From positions 779 to 64,778 of the IMG/VR virus record IMGVR_UViG_3300045996_000612: a stretch of DNA of 64,000 bases; one strand, written 5' to 3'. A program made the translations under genes and the position numbers. The stretch comes from a virus. Lineage: Duplodnaviria; Caudoviricetes. Positions 27,735-36,519 of the stretch are shown here, in pieces; the stretch's first letter is position 1; each line of letters opens with the position of its first letter. The notes beneath the pieces are model-generated. The model did not search any database. It was not told the DNA's origin and worked only from the letters and a program-made list of their open reading frames with translations.

Positions 27735-28484
27735 ATGTCAGAAATTGTCCCAGCGCCGGGCGATATGCCCGCGCCAGCGCCAGCGCGCTCGATGGCCACG
27801 CCGGCCGAAATGATCCAGTACGTGATGGCCAACAACGGGTCCATCGACCAGCTCGAAAAGTTCTACGCGCTGCAGCAGCGCTGGGAAGCCGACCAGGCGC
27901 GCAAGGCGTTCGTGGCCGCCAAGGCTGCCTTCAAGGCCGAGAACGTGGTCGTGGCTCGGGACAAGGAAAACAAGCAGTACAACTCGACCTACACCTCGCT
28001 TGGCAATCTGGTCGGCACCGTATCGCCGATCTTGAGCAAGCACGGCCTGTCCGCTGACTGGGACATCGACCAGTCCGACGGCATCGTCGTCACCTGCATC
28101 CTCTCGCACTCGATGGGTCACTCGGATCGCGTGAGCCTCAAAGTCCCGCCGGACACCGCAGGGGCGAAAAACCCGATCCAGCAGATCAAGAGCGCGATCA
28201 CCTACGCCAAGGCTGTGACCTTCGAATCGGTCTGCGGCCTGGCGTCGACCGACGCCAACCATGACGATGACGGCACAGCTGCCGGAACCGGCGGCGTCAG
28301 CTACTCCCAGGATTGGGTTGAGGCGGCACGCATGGCCGCAGATGCAGCGACGCTGGAGAAAGTCTGGACTGATGGCGTGGCCGAAATCCAAAAGGCCAAG
28401 GACCAAATCCTGTACGACCAGTTCAAGACCGCGGTTGTCGCCCGCAAAAAGAAGATTGCCGAGGGAGGTAGCTATGTCGCGTGA
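27735..28484 (+). CDS. erf: ERF-family single-strand annealing protein
   Basis: P.L.KHGLS, VTC.L.H..GHS, Q...SAITYAK, DDDG motifs. Confidence 0.88.
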   Translation: MSEIVPAPGDMPAPAPARSMATPAEMIQYVMANNGSIDQLEKFYALQQRWEADQARKAFVAAKAAFKAENVVVARDKENKQYNSTYTSLGNLVGTVSPILSKHGLSADWDIDQSDGIVVTCILSHSMGHSDRVSLKVPPDTAGAKNPIQQIKSAITYAKAVTFESVCGLASTDANHDDDGTAAGTGGVSYSQDWVEAARMAADAATLEKVWTDGVAEIQKAKDQILYDQFKTAVVARKKKIAEGGSYVA

Positions 28485-29127
28485 CTTCACAATTGTCGAA
28501 GCGCCCCAGCGCTCGCCCGAATGGTTCGCCGCCCGGCTGGGCCGCGTTACCGGCAGCAAGGCATCCTGCGTCCTGATGGGCGAGAAGACCGCCGGCCGCG
28601 CGGACTACATCATGCAGTTGGCGCTGGAGCGCATGACCGGCGCAGCTCTCGATGCAGGGTATGTGTCGACCGAGATGCAGCGCGGCACCGACCTGGAGCC
28701 GTTCGCCCGCATGCGCGCCGAGCGCAGCGGCGCCATCATCCGTGAAACCGGGTTCCTTCGCCACGACAGGCTGATGATCGGCGCCTCGCTCGATGGCGAT
28801 GAGGATGACTTCGAGCGCGTGTGGGAATTCAAGTGTCCGAAGTCCACCACGCACATCAAGTACGTCGAGACACGCGGCAAGGCGCTCATCAAGGACTATG
28901 AGCCACAGATCATGCACAACCTGCTGCTGACCGGCGCCAAGGCAGCAGCCATCGGCAGCTTCGACGACCGCATGCCGGAAGGGCTGGAGTGGGTGCAATA
29001 CGAAGTGCGCGCCACCGATCTGCCGATCGTCGAATACGAGAAGGCGCTGGCCAAGTTCCTGGTCGAAGTGGAAGCGATGCACGAACGCCTGCGCATGCTG
29101 CAGAAGGGGTGGAAGGTATGCCAGTGA
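28474..29127 (+). CDS. YqaJ/lambda-exonuclease family protein
   Basis: QRSPEWFAARLG.VT.S, M.RG..LEP.AR, GAS.DG, EFKCP. Confidence 0.92.
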   Translation: MSRDFTIVEAPQRSPEWFAARLGRVTGSKASCVLMGEKTAGRADYIMQLALERMTGAALDAGYVSTEMQRGTDLEPFARMRAERSGAIIRETGFLRHDRLMIGASLDGDEDDFERVWEFKCPKSTTHIKYVETRGKALIKDYEPQIMHNLLLTGAKAAAIGSFDDRMPEGLEWVQYEVRATDLPIVEYEKALAKFLVEVEAMHERLRMLQKGWKVCQ

Positions 29128-29750
29128 TTGATCTCGCTGGCCGCCGCTTCGGGCGACTACTCGCCTTGAGCTACTGCGGGTCTCAGGATGGGCGGAAAGC
29201 TTGGAAGTGCCAGTGTGATTGCGGCGCTGTGATTGAGGTGCCCGGAGCTAACCTGCGAGCTGGAAAGGCGCAGTCGTGCGGATGCCTGAAACGGGAAAAC
29301 CTGGCCGCTGGAATTAACACAAAGCACGGGATGTACAAATCCCGCACACATAAGACCTGGGAATCCATGGTGTCACGCTGCACCAACGAAAATGATCCCA
29401 GCTACAGCGCGTACGGCGGCAGAGGTATCACGGTCTGCGCCCGGTGGATGCAGTTCGAGTTCTTCCATATAGACATGGGTGATCGCCCTGCTGGGATGAC
29501 GATCGATCGTATTGATGTCGCGGGCAATTACGAGCCAGCAAACTGCAGGTGGGCCACTGCAGTGACACAGGCGAACAATCGGAGAGTCAACCGTCGGGTC
29601 TCATATCGAGGGGTAGCATATACGGTGCGAGAACTGTCCACCCTCACCGGTGCGCCATACGCAACATTGCGCGAACGCATCTTGAAAGCAGGGTGGGATG
29701 CGGAGAAGGCCGTTTCGACGCCAGTGGCGCACAAGAGAAAGGCAGCATGA
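29118..29750 (+). CDS. HNH-type homing endonuclease
   Basis: DL.G.RFGRL, C.CDCG, W.SM..RC, YGGRGI.VC.RW, IDRID..GNYEP.NCRWAT...Q..N. Confidence 0.88.
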   Translation: MPVIDLAGRRFGRLLALSYCGSQDGRKAWKCQCDCGAVIEVPGANLRAGKAQSCGCLKRENLAAGINTKHGMYKSRTHKTWESMVSRCTNENDPSYSAYGGRGITVCARWMQFEFFHIDMGDRPAGMTIDRIDVAGNYEPANCRWATAVTQANNRRVNRRVSYRGVAYTVRELSTLTGAPYATLRERILKAGWDAEKAVSTPVAHKRKAA

Positions 29751-29751
29751 C

Positions 29752-29964
29752 ATGGATGAGAAGACCTACCTGACGATCCGCGAGCTGTGCACGCGTTGGA
29801 AAGTCAACCGCAACACCTTGTGGAACTACCGCCAGAAAGGGATCGGCCCAGCGCCGGTCCAGCTTCTGCCCGGCATCCACGGCCTGCGCTACAAGCTGGC
29901 CGAAGTGGTGGCCTACGAAAAAGAACGGGACCGCGCGCGCGGCCTGGCAACTGGAGGAACATGA
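29752..29964 (+). CDS. Excisionase-like HTH_17 protein
   Basis: YLT..EL..RW.V...TL.N.R..G.GP. Confidence 0.8.
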   Translation: MDEKTYLTIRELCTRWKVNRNTLWNYRQKGIGPAPVQLLPGIHGLRYKLAEVVAYEKERDRARGLATGGT

Positions 29965-30167
29965 TGGACCAAGCAATTCGCAGGATGACCGACGACGAGC
30001 AGGAAGCCGAGATTTACCGGCGCCTGCACGACGCGGAAGTCGAGCGCCGGCGCGCCGACTATGAAGCCGAGTTCGGGCCGGAGTTCAGGCTGACACACCC
30101 GTTTCAGCCAACCGGCGTGCACGAAGCAGTGATGGAGCAGATCGAAGCGATGAAGCAGTACGACTGA
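29961..30167 (+). CDS. Hypothetical protein
   Basis: GGAGG SD, ATGA coupling. Confidence 0.6.
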   Translation: MMDQAIRRMTDDEQEAEIYRRLHDAEVERRRADYEAEFGPEFRLTHPFQPTGVHEAVMEQIEAMKQYD

Positions 30168-30189
30168 CCACAACAACATGGAGAGCAGC

Positions 30190-30753
30190 ATGAAAGAACA
30201 GATCATGAACGCCAGCATCGCCGCCCAGCCGATGCGCCAGGTGGCGGGGTTGGTAGCCGGGTCGGCAGGAATCGTCAGCGCCGGGCACGCCGCCGCACAC
30301 CTCGATGACCGAGAGGAGCAGGCGCAGGCCGAGTGCAACCGCATCGCCGCCCAGCAGGCCCGGCAAATCGTCGAGCGCCGTGCCGCCGAGCGCGCCGCGC
30401 AGGCCAAGCTGGACGAACAGGCCGCCGAGCATGAGCGTCGCAAGGCATCGCTGGCCGACCAGCCGGCGCCGGGAGTGCGCTTCAGCGTCGCCGCCGACGA
30501 CCACGACGAACCGGAAGAGGACGAAGTGCCCGGCGAGCAGGCGCTGTTCGAAGCATGGGCGGCGCGCCAGGAGCGCCCCTACTTCCTCGACATGCACGAT
30601 GGTCGCTACATGAACCCGCGCACGCAGCATGCATTCGAGGGCTTCTGCGGCGCGCTGGAGATCGCCAGGGAAATCGGCAAGGAAACCTACGCCCCCATGA
30701 TCGAAGCCAAGGCTGTGCTGGCGAAGGCGCCGGCAATCGGAGGTGCCGTATGA
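30190..30753 (+). CDS. Hypothetical protein
   Basis: GGAGAG SD; coiled coil plus FEAW...Y...TQ.AF module. Confidence 0.6.
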   Translation: MKEQIMNASIAAQPMRQVAGLVAGSAGIVSAGHAAAHLDDREEQAQAECNRIAAQQARQIVERRAAERAAQAKLDEQAAEHERRKASLADQPAPGVRFSVAADDHDEPEEDEVPGEQALFEAWAARQERPYFLDMHDGRYMNPRTQHAFEGFCGALEIAREIGKETYAPMIEAKAVLAKAPAIGGAV

Positions 30754-30965
30754 TCAGGACCAAGACTGGCGGCCCGGCGTTTCCGAACAACCTGACGCCC
30801 GGCATGGACCTGCGCGACTACTTCGCGGCCAAGGCTCTGCCGGCTGCGATGCACGAAGCTAGCGCCCTCTATGTCAAAGGCCCGACGCCCGAGTATGTCG
30901 CTGAACTGTGCTACTCGATCGCTGACGCTATGCTCGCCGAGCGTGCCAAGGGCGGAGGTGCATGA
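30750..30965 (+). CDS. Conserved small phage protein
   Basis: GGPAFP...GM.LRDYFAAKA...Y..ADAML.ER. Confidence 0.85.
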   Translation: MIRTKTGGPAFPNNLTPGMDLRDYFAAKALPAAMHEASALYVKGPTPEYVAELCYSIADAMLAERAKGGGA

Positions 30966-31384
30966 TGCCAATGCCAGGATACAGAAAGCTGGTCGAGGCG
31001 GCCATGCCGGGAAGCGCGCGCGACTTACAGGACAAGGTGCCCATCCACCCGCGCACCATCAGCCGGATCATCATGACCCTCCGGCGAGAAGGTGCCACCG
31101 ACGACCCGAAGATCAACAGTGCCTGCCACATCATCAAGTGGAAGCGCTCGGCCAACGGCGGCGCATTTCAGCCGGTGTATGCGCTGGGGCCGGGGCGCGA
31201 CGCTCCCTGCCTGTTGAAGCCGCTTACGGAAAAGCAGGTGCGCCAGCGCTACCTCGCGCGCATCAAGGGCACAGAAAAGATGGAGCAGATCCAGGCGCGC
31301 CAGCGCACCCGGCTGCAGGTGATGAAAATGGCCAAGCGCGGCGACCCGCTGGTCAATGCATTTTTTGGGAGGGCTGCTGCATGA
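30962..31384 (+). CDS. Winged-helix-like phage protein
   Basis: HI..W...P.Y..G.G.DAP; C-terminal DPLVNAFFG. Confidence 0.7.
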   Translation: MMPMPGYRKLVEAAMPGSARDLQDKVPIHPRTISRIIMTLRREGATDDPKINSACHIIKWKRSANGGAFQPVYALGPGRDAPCLLKPLTEKQVRQRYLARIKGTEKMEQIQARQRTRLQVMKMAKRGDPLVNAFFGRAAA

Positions 31385-31809
31385 AAGGAAAAGTAGGACT
31401 GCACCCGATGGCGCTGCTGGGCGCCAAGCAGAAGATTGGCCAGGTGGATGCTGATCGGCTGGTGCTTCCTCCCCTGCTGTACCTGGACGCGGCCAAGCGC
31501 GGGCGCGCCGAGATCGCGCAGGAGAACGGCCTGGTGTTCTGGGCCGTGCTCTGCCAGTGCCTCGGCAGCCAGGTCGGCAGCAAGTTCTTCTATGATCTGG
31601 GCTGCAAGGCGGCGCTGGCGCTGGCCAAGGCGTGCCGGCGGCAGACCCAGTACCTGGCGCTCACCACCGGCGAATATGTGGTGCTCAAGCAGATGATGTC
31701 CACCTACCTGCGCGCGCTGCCGAACATCGAAGTCGGCGCCTTCGCGGTGAGCTGCCAGCGCGCGGAGGATGCGATCGAAAAGCTGAAGCGGGAAGCGGGC
31801 GATGCCTGA
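31381..31809 (+). CDS. Hypothetical phage protein
   Basis: 142 aa, coupled start; LTTGEY motif. Confidence 0.65.
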   Translation: MKGKVGLHPMALLGAKQKIGQVDADRLVLPPLLYLDAAKRGRAEIAQENGLVFWAVLCQCLGSQVGSKFFYDLGCKAALALAKACRRQTQYLALTTGEYVVLKQMMSTYLRALPNIEVGAFAVSCQRAEDAIEKLKREAGDA

Positions 31810-32056
31810 TCCGCTCAAGACCATCTTCGCCGTGGCGCACGTCACGCCGGACGACCCGATCGAGGATGCGTGCCGCGGCTGCATCTTCGAGCGCGACCGG
31901 CCAGAGGTGTGCACGGTGGCGCAGGAACAAGCCAAGCTGCGCGGCTTGGATGTATGCGAGCACCCCGACGACGACGGGCGCAGCGTCATCTATGTGCGCG
32001 TGGCGGTAGACCCGCGCCAATGTGATCTATTCAACGAACAACAGGGAGGGATATGA
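31802..32056 (+). CDS. Hypothetical Cys-rich protein
   Basis: CRGCIF...C; ends with Q.DLF, a clamp-binding-like motif. Confidence 0.6.
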   Translation: MPDPLKTIFAVAHVTPDDPIEDACRGCIFERDRPEVCTVAQEQAKLRGLDVCEHPDDDGRSVIYVRVAVDPRQCDLFNEQQGGI

Positions 32057-32460
32057 GCAATAAACTTGATCTCGTAGTGGAAGCCAATCGGGCACTGCTG
32101 CTCCAGCGCAGCCAGCTCGGCATCCAGAAGTACGGCACCACGCTGCACGGCGGCGGTTACAGCCGGCGCGAACTGCTCCAGCATGCGCTTGAGGAAGCGC
32201 TTGATCTGGCGAACTACCTGCAGGCCGAACTGATGCGCGACCAAGCCGATCTGAAGCCGTACGCCTATGCGCCGAACTACTGCGACTGCCACACGGAAAC
32301 CTGTGCGTGCGACCCCTGGAAAGTGCTGAACCCTGACGGCTCGCGGCTGTGCACGATGTTCAGCAAGCAAAGCGCGGATGCGCTGGCGAAGCGGCTGAAC
32401 CGCGACAGCGGCAGGCCTACTGCCAATGGTGCAGCAGGTCAGGAAGGCGGTGCCGCATGA
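32053..32460 (+). CDS. All-alpha NTP pyrophosphohydrolase-like (MazG superfamily) protein
   Basis: G..KYGTTL...LQHALEEALDLANYL. Confidence 0.7.
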   Translation: MSNKLDLVVEANRALLLQRSQLGIQKYGTTLHGGGYSRRELLQHALEEALDLANYLQAELMRDQADLKPYAYAPNYCDCHTETCACDPWKVLNPDGSRLCTMFSKQSADALAKRLNRDSGRPTANGAAGQEGGAA

Positions 32461-32741
32461 ACCCGGCCCACCCGCTGGCCGCCCGGCGCATCGAGCGCAT
32501 CAGGAAACTGCTGGAGCAGAAGTCGATGACCACGCACGAAACGGCAGCGGCCATCCACCTCTGCCTGCGCTGGACCATCAGCTACCTCAAGCACCTGCAC
32601 ACCAGCCGGGAAATCTTCGTCGAGCGCTGGGTGCCGAAGTGCGACGAGTTCCAGCGCCTGATCCCGTCGTACCGGCTGGGCAACAAGCCAGACGCACCGC
32701 GCTCTGTCGCGGCCCAACAACAAGAACTGGAGGCTGCATGA
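32457..32741 (+). CDS. Winged-helix-like phage protein
   Basis: I..LL....MT..E.A..IHL......YL.HL...P.YRLG..PDA. Confidence 0.7.
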   Translation: MNPAHPLAARRIERIRKLLEQKSMTTHETAAAIHLCLRWTISYLKHLHTSREIFVERWVPKCDEFQRLIPSYRLGNKPDAPRSVAAQQQELEAA

Positions 32742-33001
32742 TCACCGCCGAAAGTACGACCGTCTACAAGGCAGGGCGTCGCCGCTTCTTGACACTGCGC
32801 TCGGCGGTCAAGAGTGCCATTCGTCAGAAATTCCGAGACAACTGCGAGTGCGATTACTGCGACCACGATGAAATGCCAGGGTGCCCGACTGAGCATTTAC
32901 CTTGTCGGCTACACGACGGCAGTAAGCGAGCGGAGAAGATCGCGCGCCGGCTTGGCCGCATCTACGTTACCGCCTTCCGCGCTTCAAAGGAGGCAGCATG
33001 A
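32738..33001 (+). CDS. Hypothetical protein
   Basis: GGAGG SD; RRFLTL.SA motif. Confidence 0.65.
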   Translation: MITAESTTVYKAGRRRFLTLRSAVKSAIRQKFRDNCECDYCDHDEMPGCPTEHLPCRLHDGSKRAEKIARRLGRIYVTAFRASKEAA

Positions 33002-33501
33002 TCCCCATCACCCTCATCGCCTGCACCGACAACAAGGGCGGCATCGGCAAGGACGGCAAGATGCCCTGGAATCTGCCGGAAGACCTGGCGCGCTTCAAAC
33101 GCCTGACCATGGGCTACCCGGTGATCATGGGGCGCAAGACGTTCGAGTCGATCGGGCGCCCGCTGCCGGGCCGGGTCAACATCGTCCTGACGCACGATCT
33201 GGGCTGGACGCAGGAGTTCGTCGAGACCGCCAACTCGCTCAAGGAAGCGCTAGCCATTGCCGAAGCCACTATCGCCGGCCGCGCCTTCGTCATCGGCGGC
33301 GCCGAGATTTACAAGCAGGCGCTGCCGCTGGCGTCGATCATCGAGCTCACCGTGATCGACCGCGACTTCGATTGTGACACGTTCTTCCCGGATGAGGACG
33401 AGCGCGGCGCCGAGTGGATCGATGCGCAATACAAGCGCGGCAGGTCGACGACAGGGCTGGTGTACTGCTTTGCGACCTACCGGAAGCGGAGGCAGTCATG
33501 A
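32998..33501 (+). CDS. folA: Dihydrofolate reductase
   Basis: IG.DG.MPW.LPEDL.RFK.LT.G.PVIMGRKTFESIGRPLPGR.NIVLT, IGGAEIY, DTFFP. Confidence 0.95.
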   Translation: MIPITLIACTDNKGGIGKDGKMPWNLPEDLARFKRLTMGYPVIMGRKTFESIGRPLPGRVNIVLTHDLGWTQEFVETANSLKEALAIAEATIAGRAFVIGGAEIYKQALPLASIIELTVIDRDFDCDTFFPDEDERGAEWIDAQYKRGRSTTGLVYCFATYRKRRQS

Positions 33502-33689
33502 GCAAGCCAAGCGGCCCGCCGGCAAAATTTATCATCGTAGTGATGGTGGCCGGATTTGCACTGATCCACTACTTCGAAGGTCAACTGAAAGCGTCACTCG
33601 AAGAGTGCGAAAAGCGCGGTGGCACGTTCCTGATGCGTGAGCAGGCATGCATCAAGGCTGAAGGCATCGACTTGCGCACGAAAAAGTAA
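33498..33689 (+). CDS. Small membrane protein
   Basis: One TM segment plus C..RGG...C motif. Confidence 0.6.
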   Translation: MSKPSGPPAKFIIVVMVAGFALIHYFEGQLKASLEECEKRGGTFLMREQACIKAEGIDLRTKK

Positions 33690-33908
33690 CCGGGCAGCCG
33701 CCCACCGATCCGGGCGGCACCACAATGACAGATCATGAGCGACAAATCTCCCGATCTCCAGCGTTTCGCCAGAGAAGCCTTCGGCGCCCTGCGCGGCAAG
33801 CTACCTGATGGCGTCGAATTCGAGCGCGCCATGCGTGCCGAGTGGGACCGACAGGATGATCAACCGGAAGCCGCGCCCGGACTCGCGCGGCACATAACGA
33901 AAGAAACT

Positions 33909-34310
33909 ATGAGCAAACCCAACCTCTTGAACGACATGGCGATCCTGACCGCCGCAACGGTTCTGACCGAAGGCTGCCACGGCGCCGCGCGTGCTTCCGG
34001 CTGGTGGAACGATGCCGACCCGAATACCAGCATCGCGAACCCGCTGCACTTCTCGAACAAGCTGTGCCTGATCCATTCGGAGATCAGCGAGGCGATGGAG
34101 GGCGACCGCAAGAAGCTGATGGACGACAAGCTGCCCCACCGCCCAATGCGCGAGGTGGAACTGGCCGACGCCGTGATCCGCATTTTTGACCTGGCCGGTG
34201 GCTACGGCATGGACCTGGCCGGCGCCATTGCCGAGAAGCTGGCCTACAACGCCCAGCGCGCGGACCATAAGCCCGAGAACCGCGCGGCAGAAGGCGGCAA
34301 GGCATACTGA
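33909..34310 (+). CDS. MazG-like NTP pyrophosphohydrolase (possible longer start at 33735)
   Basis: KL.LIHSEISEAMEG.RK...EVELADAVIRIFDLAG...EK..YN..R.DH. Confidence 0.85.
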   Translation: MSKPNLLNDMAILTAATVLTEGCHGAARASGWWNDADPNTSIANPLHFSNKLCLIHSEISEAMEGDRKKLMDDKLPHRPMREVELADAVIRIFDLAGGYGMDLAGAIAEKLAYNAQRADHKPENRAAEGGKAY

Positions 34311-34366
34311 ACGATTCGGCCAAGCGCCCCGGCCTGTTGGGGCGTAACTACAACAAGGAAATCACC

Positions 34367-34867
34367 ATGGATAAAGACACCATCATCGGCCTGCTGCTGG
34401 CGGCCGTCCTGCTGATCGCGGTCATCCTCTGGGGCCATGCGCAGGCACGCCAAAAGCGAGAACTGCGTGCCGCAGCAGAGCGCCGGGCCAAGTCGGCAGA
34501 AGCCCTCAACGAACTGCACCGCATGGCCAGGCAAGCAACCCCTCACTGGCCGTCGCCGAGCACCAGTCGGCCATCACCAGTCAGCCGCACCAGCACCACG
34601 ACCACCAGCCGCGACGATGCTGCCGATCGCCGGCGCCGTCAGGATGAAGAAGACGAGGCCCGCCGGCGCCGTCAGTCGGATGACGCATTCCACCAGCAGC
34701 AGGTCCAGCACCAAACCCTGATGGCTCAGTCGAACTTCAGTGCGCCGGAGCCGTCCTGCTCGCGCCGTTACGACAGCGACTACGGCAGCTCGTCCCACAG
34801 TAGCAGTTGCGATAGTTCGAGCTCGTCGAGTTCCGACAGTGGTTCCTGCTCGTCTAGCTGCGACTGA
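34367..34867 (+). CDS. Membrane-anchored protein with Ser/Asp/Cys-rich tail
   Basis: AAGGA SD; N-terminal TM; ends SSSCDSSSSSSSDSGSCSSSCD. Confidence 0.7.
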   Translation: MDKDTIIGLLLAAVLLIAVILWGHAQARQKRELRAAAERRAKSAEALNELHRMARQATPHWPSPSTSRPSPVSRTSTTTTSRDDAADRRRRQDEEDEARRRRQSDDAFHQQQVQHQTLMAQSNFSAPEPSCSRRYDSDYGSSSHSSSCDSSSSSSSDSGSCSSSCD

Positions 34868-34868
34868 G

Positions 34869-34906
34869 CGGTTGCTTTTGCCACCACTGGTGCGATAATC
34901 AAACCA
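34869..34906 (+). promoter_or_regulatory. Promoter with operator
   Basis: TTGCTT-16-GATAAT; TGGT-N11-ACCA at 34888-34906. Confidence 0.65.
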
Positions 34907-34927
34907 CTGACCTGATTCGGAGACCAC

Positions 34928-35077
34928 ATGCACATCCTGCCCGCCATGCTGATCGGAATAGCCGTTTGGATCATCCTGTTGTGCGTTATCCACTCTGCCG
35001 TGCTGTTCGCCTGCGGGCCGTTTGTGGTGTCGGGAGTGGCGCTGGCTTTGACCTTGTTGCCGGTGCCGCGCCTCTGA
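34928..35077 (+). CDS. 49-aa hydrophobic membrane peptide
   Basis: GGAG SD; MHILPAMLIGIAVWIILLCVIHSAVLFACGPFVVSGVALALTLLPVPRL; below the ORF-track cutoff. Confidence 0.55.
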   Translation: MHILPAMLIGIAVWIILLCVIHSAVLFACGPFVVSGVALALTLLPVPRL

Positions 35078-35147
35078 ATCAGGTCGGTGGTTCCTCCCTG
35101 AACTTGGTGCTTTCGAGCGCCATCTTTTTTGCGCCGGAGAAGTATTG

Positions 35148-35354
35148 ATGGACAGCCCCAGCGAGCGCCTGCTGCGCCTGCGCCAAGTCATGGACCGCAC
35201 CGGCATGGGCAAGTCGACCATCTACCGCAAGATCGCGCAGGCCGGCTTCCCCTCCCCTGTGTCCGTCGGCGGCCAGGCGGTGCGCTGGCGCGAGTCGCAG
35301 GTCGATCAGTGGATCGCCGCGCTCGCACCCACCATCACGCGACCTGCAGCTTGA
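35148..35354 (+). CDS. alpA: AlpA-family excisionase/RDF
   Basis: RLLRL.QV..RTG.GKSTIY..I....FP.P...G...V.W.ES.V..WI. Confidence 0.9.
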   Translation: MDSPSERLLRLRQVMDRTGMGKSTIYRKIAQAGFPSPVSVGGQAVRWRESQVDQWIAALAPTITRPAA

Positions 35355-36519
35355 TCTGCTGCCGGTCCAGGTAGTTCGACCACCACGTCATCATCTCGCG
35401 CCGGCCGGCCATCCACTCGGCTGCATTGTAGGCGGCGCGCACGTCACTGCCCTCCACATGCGCGAGCTGCCGTTCGATCCAGTCGGAATTGAACCCCTGC
35501 TCGTTGAGGATCGTCGACGCCGTGCCGCGGAACCCGTGCACCGTCAGCCGGGAGTGGTAGCCCAGGCGGTACAGCCCGAAGATCATCGTGTTCTGGGATA
35601 GGCACCCTTCCTTGCCGCGCGACGGGAAGACGAACGGGCCGCCGCCGGCGAGCACGCGCAGCCGGCGCAGGATCGCCACCACCTGCCGGGTCAGCGGCAC
35701 CAGATGCTCGCGGCCCATTTTCATGCGCTCGGCCGGGATGCGCCAGAGCGGCGCCGTGCCGTCCAGATCCTCGAATTCAGCCCAGGCAGCGAACCGTGTC
35801 TCGTTGGTGCGCACGAAGGTGTGCAGCGTGAACAGGATGGCCAGCCGGGTCTGCTCCTCGCCGTCGTAGGCGGCCAGCCGCTCCAGAAAGTCCGGCAGAT
35901 CGGCGGCGCGCAGCGAGGCGAAGTGCTGCACCTTCGGCTTGGGCTTGAGCGCTGCGCCCAGGTCGGCGGCCGGGTTGCCCGATGCCTTGCCGCTGGCGAT
36001 GGCGAAGCGGAACACGGCGCCGATGGACTGGCGCAGGCGCTTGGAGATGTCGAGCGCGCCACGCTCCTCCACCCGGCGCAGCACCTCCAAGATCTCGGGC
36101 GCGTCGAGTTCGGTGATGGGCCGGCTGCCGATGAACGGGAACACGTCACGCTCGATCCGTGACAGCACGCGCTCGGCGTGCGCCGGCACCCAGCTCGCCT
36201 TGAAGGTGTCGTGCCACTCGCGCGCGATGGTTTCGAAGGTGGCGGCGGTCTGGCGCTCGCGCCGCCTCTCGACGCCCGGATCGGCGCCGGCGGCCAGCAG
36301 GGTCTTGGCGGCGGCGCGGCGCTCGCGCGCGGCGGTCAGCGAGACGTGCGGATAGACCCCAAAGGCCAGCGTCTTCTGCTTGCCGCCGAAGCGGTAGGCC
36401 ATGCGCCAGGCGCGCGTGCCGTTCGGGGCGACCAGCAGGAACAGCCCCTCCCCGTCGGTCAGCTTGTAGGGTTTGTCCCGGCCCTTGGCGGCGCGGCAGG
36501 CGGCATCGGAAAGCGGCAT
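35335..36519 (-). CDS. int: P4-like tyrosine integrase
   Basis: Arm-binding YKL.DG.GL.L.V...G...WR..YR; R..E, HGFR.TAST.L.E, IE.QLAH, AYN catalytic motifs. Confidence 0.95.
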   Translation of the reverse strand: MPLSDAACRAAKGRDKPYKLTDGEGLFLLVAPNGTRAWRMAYRFGGKQKTLAFGVYPHVSLTAARERRAAAKTLLAAGADPGVERRRERQTAATFETIAREWHDTFKASWVPAHAERVLSRIERDVFPFIGSRPITELDAPEILEVLRRVEERGALDISKRLRQSIGAVFRFAIASGKASGNPAADLGAALKPKPKVQHFASLRAADLPDFLERLAAYDGEEQTRLAILFTLHTFVRTNETRFAAWAEFEDLDGTAPLWRIPAERMKMGREHLVPLTRQVVAILRRLRVLAGGGPFVFPSRGKEGCLSQNTMIFGLYRLGYHSRLTVHGFRGTASTILNEQGFNSDWIERQLAHVEGSDVRAAYNAAEWMAGRREMMTWWSNYLDRQQIKLQVA

